A stretch of 64,000 nt of DNA. Source: Rhodothermales bacterium. Its GTDB lineage: Bacteria; Bacteroidota; Rhodothermia; Rhodothermales; Bin80. This document shows positions 59,291 through 64,000 of this stretch, in pieces. Made by a program: the position numbers and the translations under genes. The stretch is from NCBI GenBank assembly GCA_965220935.1, contig OZ244857.1, forward strand, positions 2,330,931-2,394,930, read 5' to 3'. The notes below the pieces were generated by a model. The model was not told the origin of the DNA. It saw only the letters and a program-made list of their open reading frames with translations, and searched no databases. Positions within the stretch are counted from its first letter, which is position 1; each line of letters opens with the position of its first letter.

Positions 59291-60589
59291 ATGGAAAAAC
59301 TTGTCATACATGGAGGACAACAACTCTGTGGAACTCTCCCTGTCAGTGCATCAAAGAATGCTGCTCTTCCTCTGATGGCTGCTGCAATCTTACCGCGTGG
59401 AATTACATTCATAGATCAAATTCCCCATCTGCGCGATATTGTTACATTTTCTCATGTCCTCAGAATTACTGGGGCAGCTGTCAATCGCCAAGAGGAAGGC
59501 CTCAAAATTGATGCGACCAGAGTCAATTTTCCCGAGGCACCCTACGAGTTGGTCAAGAAGATGCGCGCTTCATTCTATATGTTAGGGGCGCTGATAGGCC
59601 GGTGTGGGAAAGCGAGGGTTTCGCTTCCAGGAGGATGCGCGTGGGGGCCCCGCCCCGTCAATCTGCATCTTGAAGGGCTCAAAGCATTAGGGGCAGAGAT
59701 TGATCTGGATCAAGGATATGTTGTCGCACATCTCCCAAAGGATGGGCTATCCGGTGGTTCCTATAAATTTGAGCCGTCAAGCGTTGGTGCGACGGTTAAT
59801 TTGCTGTTAGCCGCTAGCCTTGGGCGCGGGGGAAGCCGAATTGAAAATGCTGCGATTGAACCTGATATCATCGTGTTCTGCGAAATGCTGTCCGCGATGG
59901 GCGCCAAGCTGGAAGGTATTGGAACACGAACAATTGAAATTGAAGGCGTTGATGAGTTACACCCGATCAACTTTAGCAACTGTCCAGACCGTATTGAGCT
60001 TGGCACATTTATGATTGCAGCAGCGATTGCTGGCGAACCAGGCCACCCTATCCAACTGACTAACGCTCAACCTGACCATCTTGGAGAAGAATTCCTGAAC
60101 GCATTCCAGTGCACTGGCGCTGAATGCAGAATCCAAAACGACATCATCACAGTTACTCCTCCCGAGACTTTAAAGCCCGTTTCAATCACAACTGGCATTT
60201 ACCCTGGATTCCCAACTGATCTACAAGCCCAGTGGACTGTCCTTCTATCGTGCGCTGATGGCAAGGCAAATGTCACAGATCTGGTGTACGGCGATCGGTT
60301 TAATCATATTCCAGAGCTATATCGAATGGGACTGCGCGCAGAAGTAAATGGGAATCAGGTCATTGTAGACGGAGGTAAACCCCTGATAGGGGCGCAAGTC
60401 ATGAGCACCGATCTTCGTGCAAGCGTTTCACTCGTGATGGCTGGCATGGTTGCAGAAGGTACAACCCATGTCGGTCGTATCTATCATCTTGACCGCGGTT
60501 ACGAGAAATTAGAGGCTAAGCTCTCAAAATGTGGAATTCATATCCACAGAGAGCAATACAACGAATTTGCCGATCCATCTCAGGGCTGA
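59291..60589 (+). CDS. murA: UDP-N-acetylglucosamine 1-carboxyvinyltransferase
   Basis: 'VSASKNAALPLMAAA', 'LPGGCAWGPRPVNLH' (active-site Cys), 'GFPTDLQAQ'. 432 aa. Confidence 0.95.
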   Translation: MEKLVIHGGQQLCGTLPVSASKNAALPLMAAAILPRGITFIDQIPHLRDIVTFSHVLRITGAAVNRQEEGLKIDATRVNFPEAPYELVKKMRASFYMLGALIGRCGKARVSLPGGCAWGPRPVNLHLEGLKALGAEIDLDQGYVVAHLPKDGLSGGSYKFEPSSVGATVNLLLAASLGRGGSRIENAAIEPDIIVFCEMLSAMGAKLEGIGTRTIEIEGVDELHPINFSNCPDRIELGTFMIAAAIAGEPGHPIQLTNAQPDHLGEEFLNAFQCTGAECRIQNDIITVTPPETLKPVSITTGIYPGFPTDLQAQWTVLLSCADGKANVTDLVYGDRFNHIPELYRMGLRAEVNGNQVIVDGGKPLIGAQVMSTDLRASVSLVMAGMVAEGTTHVGRIYHLDRGYEKLEAKLSKCGIHIHREQYNEFADPSQG

Positions 60590-63249
60590 CGCTGAACCAC
60601 CCTCATACTATGGCGGTGAATTGGTTGAGCTTCTAAATTGTCGGATGGATGTCGTTGCTTGTAGGGACCTGTGACAGCCAGTGCAGTTTCGTCGTCTTTG
60701 TAGAATTCATAAATTTTTTGCGCTTCTTGAAGATCATCTGTTTTGCCTAATGCACCTAGGGTTAACATACGATTATAGAGTCCACCCAAGTCCTCTGGAT
60801 CAATTTCAAGGGTTTGGTCAATCCACTGTAGCGCTAACTCGTACTGTCCCATTAAATAGTAAAGCCGACCAATGGAGAGCAAAAGGACGCGATCATTCGG
60901 ATAGGCATCATATACTTTCATCCATTCAGTAATCGCTTCATTATACATGCCGTATCCTTTCAAGACCTCTCCACGAAAATATGCCGTTTTGAGGAAGTCA
61001 GGGGATCTGTTTTCAGCCTCCTCAAGGTAAGATTCAGCCTGCCCAAGATTTCCCTCTTCAAGATAGACACGAGCTAAATTAATCGGACCCTCAGGACTTT
61101 GGGGCGCTATGGTAGAGACCTGATTGAATGCCTGAATCGCTCCGCGCGTGTCGCCTTCAAGAAAAAGTCCTATTCCATAGTCATTCCAACGCTCCCATAA
61201 AGCATACGAAGTATCCGAGAAAATACCAGATGAGCGCGAAGCAGAAGCCATGAGGGTAATTGGAATGTCTGGGGCTACATGATCATTGAATTCCCATTTC
61301 CTCAAATCTACTTCTTTGCGTGCAAGAGAGTCTGGTTGCTCAGCCGCCACCTGCCCACGAAATGTCCAGTTATGAAAATACCACTTGAATTTGCGGTGAT
61401 ATAATTTTGCAGAAAGGGTACTGAGCGTCACCCCATTGGGGATCGTAAACATGTAATGAATCGTATGGGCTGTACCAGGTCCAATCATGTTTGCATATAC
61501 AGTCGCTATCCAGTCTTGAGCATTTCTGCGGTTAATCGCTTGACTAGCGCGGTCAACCTGCACGGCTCCCCAGAAATGAGCGGTTGAATCAACTCTGCCT
61601 TCACGGTCAAGATCGCCCGAAATAAGGATATGCGTTCCAGAGGAATCTTCAGCTGAGAATTCAAGCCACATTTCATTGGAGTCATTGGTGCCACCTGGGA
61701 GTAGGTGTCCAACACGACGATTTCGAACTACAACAGTAACCATCACCTCTGAACCCGACATCAAAGGAGGCATGATATCAGATGGTCCGTACGGAATTCC
61801 ATCAATAGAAATCATAAATATGTCTACAGATGCTGAAGCTTGGAGTACTTCTTGGACCTCTACGATTTGGTTTGGATAGTCTTTAACCTTTGGAATTGCC
61901 GTATTTGCTGCCGCAAATGTATGACTACGAATGAAACCTCCCGTAGACCCCTGATCATCCGATGCGACAAAGGGCATGTGACAGTCAATACAGGTTTGTG
62001 GTTCTGCGGGGAGGTAAAACGAGCGTACAGTATTTCCACTTGTCCCACTACTCTGCCATGCATCGTATTCATTCTGCCCTCGTTTCCAACGATAATTGTT
62101 GACTTCCTCAGGTAAACCAACTTTATGACAACTGCCGCAGAACTCCATTGTCTTATGCACAGGCTTTAGCATAGATTCTCGATGGGGGCCTGGCTTTGCC
62201 CGAACAAGTGTGTTATGAATCCACCTTGACGGATCCTCAGTTGAACGCGCGAACGGATATTCATCTGGCTCCGAAATAAGATACCGACCATTGCCTTTCA
62301 CATCTCGTAAACCCTCAATAGCGTGACAAGATAGACACGTAAGTCCAGCACTGGATGTTGGGTGTTCAAAATCTATGATCTGATCATCGGTTAAGCGACC
62401 CGTGAAAAGAACGAGTGGATCATGACATGATGCGCACCATCTAGCGGGATCATTACCCGCTCTTTCAATTAGCGCCTCTACACTTTTTCGATAGTATGGG
62501 TTATTAAATGATGAGAAACGATGAGCAGATGCCTCCCATTGAGACACCACATCTGGATGGCACCCTTGCTGACCACATGTTTCTGATCTCCCTAAGTCAT
62601 CATCGTTAAGATATTCTTCGTGAACCAGAATGGCTTGTGAAGCAGATAGAGGATTGCCTTCAAGATCATCATTATAGATTGACTTCTCCCCCTGTAACCA
62701 TGGCACCAATGCGGTCAAGAACGTCATGGATAGCCCCGTAACGAGTGTCATTGTAAGAGGATGCTTCCATAGATGTATTCCACCAGATCTAAATGCCTGC
62801 CCCCATTCTAAAAACTTATAGCGTATCCCGTCTTTCAATGAGACGTGGATGATAAATCCAACAGTCGTCGTTGCCACCGAAACCACATGAATGTAAACGA
62901 GGGTGCCACTTGCCCATGTTGAACCTAAAAATACTAGGGCAAACCCCGTTGTGAGTAATGTGATTAGAGATCCTGCGGTGACGCTCCCAGCTAAAGCGGC
63001 CTTCCAGTTACTGCGTATTGGCATCTTTTGCAGATGCAGCGTAATAAATACAATCGCCGGAAGTGTAAATAAAGTGCCTAGCCCTATATGGAGCAGGACA
63101 TTGCTCATATAGAGGAATGCCGTAGACCCATCAATTAAAAATAAAAACAAGCTGTTGACTAGGAGTACAGCAAAGCCTCCTAGTAGGACTGCGACCAATC
63201 TCCGCTGATACTTAGGTAATCGTATGTAACGGGTTCGCAAATCCTCCAT
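60580..63249 (-). CDS. membrane-anchored multiheme c-type cytochrome with C-terminal TPR repeats
   Basis: N-terminal polytopic region. Four CxxCH motifs (CASCH, CLSCH, CGSCH, CIDCH) plus 'CGQQGCH'. C-terminal TPR-like repeats (AIQAFNQV..., LGQAESYLEEA..., YNEAITEWMKV...). Confidence 0.8.
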   Translation of the reverse strand: MEDLRTRYIRLPKYQRRLVAVLLGGFAVLLVNSLFLFLIDGSTAFLYMSNVLLHIGLGTLFTLPAIVFITLHLQKMPIRSNWKAALAGSVTAGSLITLLTTGFALVFLGSTWASGTLVYIHVVSVATTTVGFIIHVSLKDGIRYKFLEWGQAFRSGGIHLWKHPLTMTLVTGLSMTFLTALVPWLQGEKSIYNDDLEGNPLSASQAILVHEEYLNDDDLGRSETCGQQGCHPDVVSQWEASAHRFSSFNNPYYRKSVEALIERAGNDPARWCASCHDPLVLFTGRLTDDQIIDFEHPTSSAGLTCLSCHAIEGLRDVKGNGRYLISEPDEYPFARSTEDPSRWIHNTLVRAKPGPHRESMLKPVHKTMEFCGSCHKVGLPEEVNNYRWKRGQNEYDAWQSSGTSGNTVRSFYLPAEPQTCIDCHMPFVASDDQGSTGGFIRSHTFAAANTAIPKVKDYPNQIVEVQEVLQASASVDIFMISIDGIPYGPSDIMPPLMSGSEVMVTVVVRNRRVGHLLPGGTNDSNEMWLEFSAEDSSGTHILISGDLDREGRVDSTAHFWGAVQVDRASQAINRRNAQDWIATVYANMIGPGTAHTIHYMFTIPNGVTLSTLSAKLYHRKFKWYFHNWTFRGQVAAEQPDSLARKEVDLRKWEFNDHVAPDIPITLMASASRSSGIFSDTSYALWERWNDYGIGLFLEGDTRGAIQAFNQVSTIAPQSPEGPINLARVYLEEGNLGQAESYLEEAENRSPDFLKTAYFRGEVLKGYGMYNEAITEWMKVYDAYPNDRVLLLSIGRLYYLMGQYELALQWIDQTLEIDPEDLGGLYNRMLTLGALGKTDDLQEAQKIYEFYKDDETALAVTGPYKQRHPSDNLEAQPIHRHSMRVVQRQP

Positions 63250-63252
63250 TGG

Positions 63253-64000
63253 TTAGTAGATTGACTCTGGCCATCGTAACTGTACTCCTTGCGAGACCAA
63301 CAAATCCTGAAAATCTTGGAGATAATTTGCGCGTACACCTCGCGGGGAGATTGATTTATCTATGCACCATGAAGCAAGTGCACCAGCAACTTCGCCAATA
63401 TTCCACTCAACTGGATGCAACCGATAACACCCTCCTGTAATATGCGTAACTCCGATATTTTTTGCCGCTGGTAAAAGATTTTCCATGCGAACGGGAATCA
63501 GAGATCCTAGTGGAATTTCAAAGGGGAGAGAGGGAACATCAATGTAATTGTCTCCTCCAGTTGAGGGATGTAAGTCAATCCGGTAACTCCCTACTCCAAC
63601 AGAGTCATAGAATGCTTCAGACCTGTTGATACCTTGACGGGCTTCCTCCCCAACATGATCCTCAGTCACAATAAATTCTGCATCAATACGTCTGGATTCT
63701 CTCAAATAGGGTGCCTTTGCTAACCCATCAGACGTTCCTAGAATATCTCCTCTTAATCTGAGCCCTGGCCAGCCTTGGCCTCCATCTTCGCGTGGAACCT
63801 CGGTCTGAAGCCAATAAAAAAATGAAAGGCTCAGATCCCTTGAGGATTGGAGATGATATTCACTGTCTGGATTACCAAAAAGATTTCCATTGATGTAATC
63901 ATTCTGAGGCCAGTTTACCAGAGATATTCCACCATTGTAGGTACCTGAAGAGAACAATGCTGGATCAATAAGTCTACGATAGACCCAGAGATTAAAGTTT
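63253..64000 (-). CDS. FAD-dependent oxidoreductase, C-terminal part (gene runs off the window)
   Basis: 'VGSYRIDLHPSTGG', 'FEIPLGSLIP' and 'NLLPAAKNIGVTHITGGCYRLHPVEWNIGEVAG' resemble the FAD_oxidored family. The reading frame stays open upstream of the first Met to the window edge. Confidence 0.6.
   Translation of the reverse strand, partial: NFNLWVYRRLIDPALFSSGTYNGGISLVNWPQNDYINGNLFGNPDSEYHLQSSRDLSLSFFYWLQTEVPREDGGQGWPGLRLRGDILGTSDGLAKAPYLRESRRIDAEFIVTEDHVGEEARQGINRSEAFYDSVGVGSYRIDLHPSTGGDNYIDVPSLPFEIPLGSLIPVRMENLLPAAKNIGVTHITGGCYRLHPVEWNIGEVAGALASWCIDKSISPRGVRANYLQDFQDLLVSQGVQLRWPESIY

Noticed and set aside
1-64000. CRISPR arrays, rRNA and tRNA genes
   Set aside because: I found no regularly spaced short direct repeats and no cloverleaf or rRNA-like conserved stretches in the intergenic regions. 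This was visual inspection only, so tRNAscan, Infernal or a CRISPR finder should confirm it.

Overview
Bacterial chromosomal window, moderately AT-rich by eye. TAnnTTTG-type promoter boxes and TAT-signal Gfo/Idh/MocA enzymes hint at an FCB-group/Bacteroidota-like organism, but this is inference only. Intact housekeeping blocks alternate with heavily decayed accessory DNA. The housekeeping genes are ybdK-like ligase, pyrF, Fe/Mn SOD, nuoJ-K-L-M...N, a DnaQ-GIY-YIG nuclease, mdh, two paralogous ECF-type sigma factors, a Cys/Met PLP enzyme, two Gfo/Idh/MocA oxidoreductases, an M16 peptidase, DsbA-like and dienelactone hydrolase genes, murA, and a multiheme cytochrome-TPR protein. I count six IS-type elements: ISAzo13-like; two copies of one IS1634-family element (one intact, one decayed); a second IS1634-family type; an IS1380-like element; and an IS4-like remnant. 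There is also an ORF-less group II intron that carries a nested IS. A Type ISP restriction-modification gene is dead: it is split by the ISAzo13-like element (the in-frame reconstruction is shown in the findings) and has three further frameshifts, one in a G9 tract. Every reading-frame disruption I found lies in accessory or mobile genes, never in core genes. The best candidate for an undescribed system is the cassette at 39.6-44.5 kb. It encodes a single-pass membrane protein with an extracytoplasmic plant-type LRR domain and a cytoplasmic GrpE-like domain, then 2 nt downstream a lidless Hsp70-like ATPase, then a TerB-domain (DjlA-like, no HPD) protein. An ADP-ribosylglycohydrolase lies just upstream. 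Secondary candidates are a divergent lipoprotein/secreted-protein cluster with a Gly-rich linker and an HExxH motif (35.3-37.9 kb), and an orphan HEPN/UPF0332-like gene next to the dead RM gene. No rRNA, tRNA or CRISPR array was recognised.
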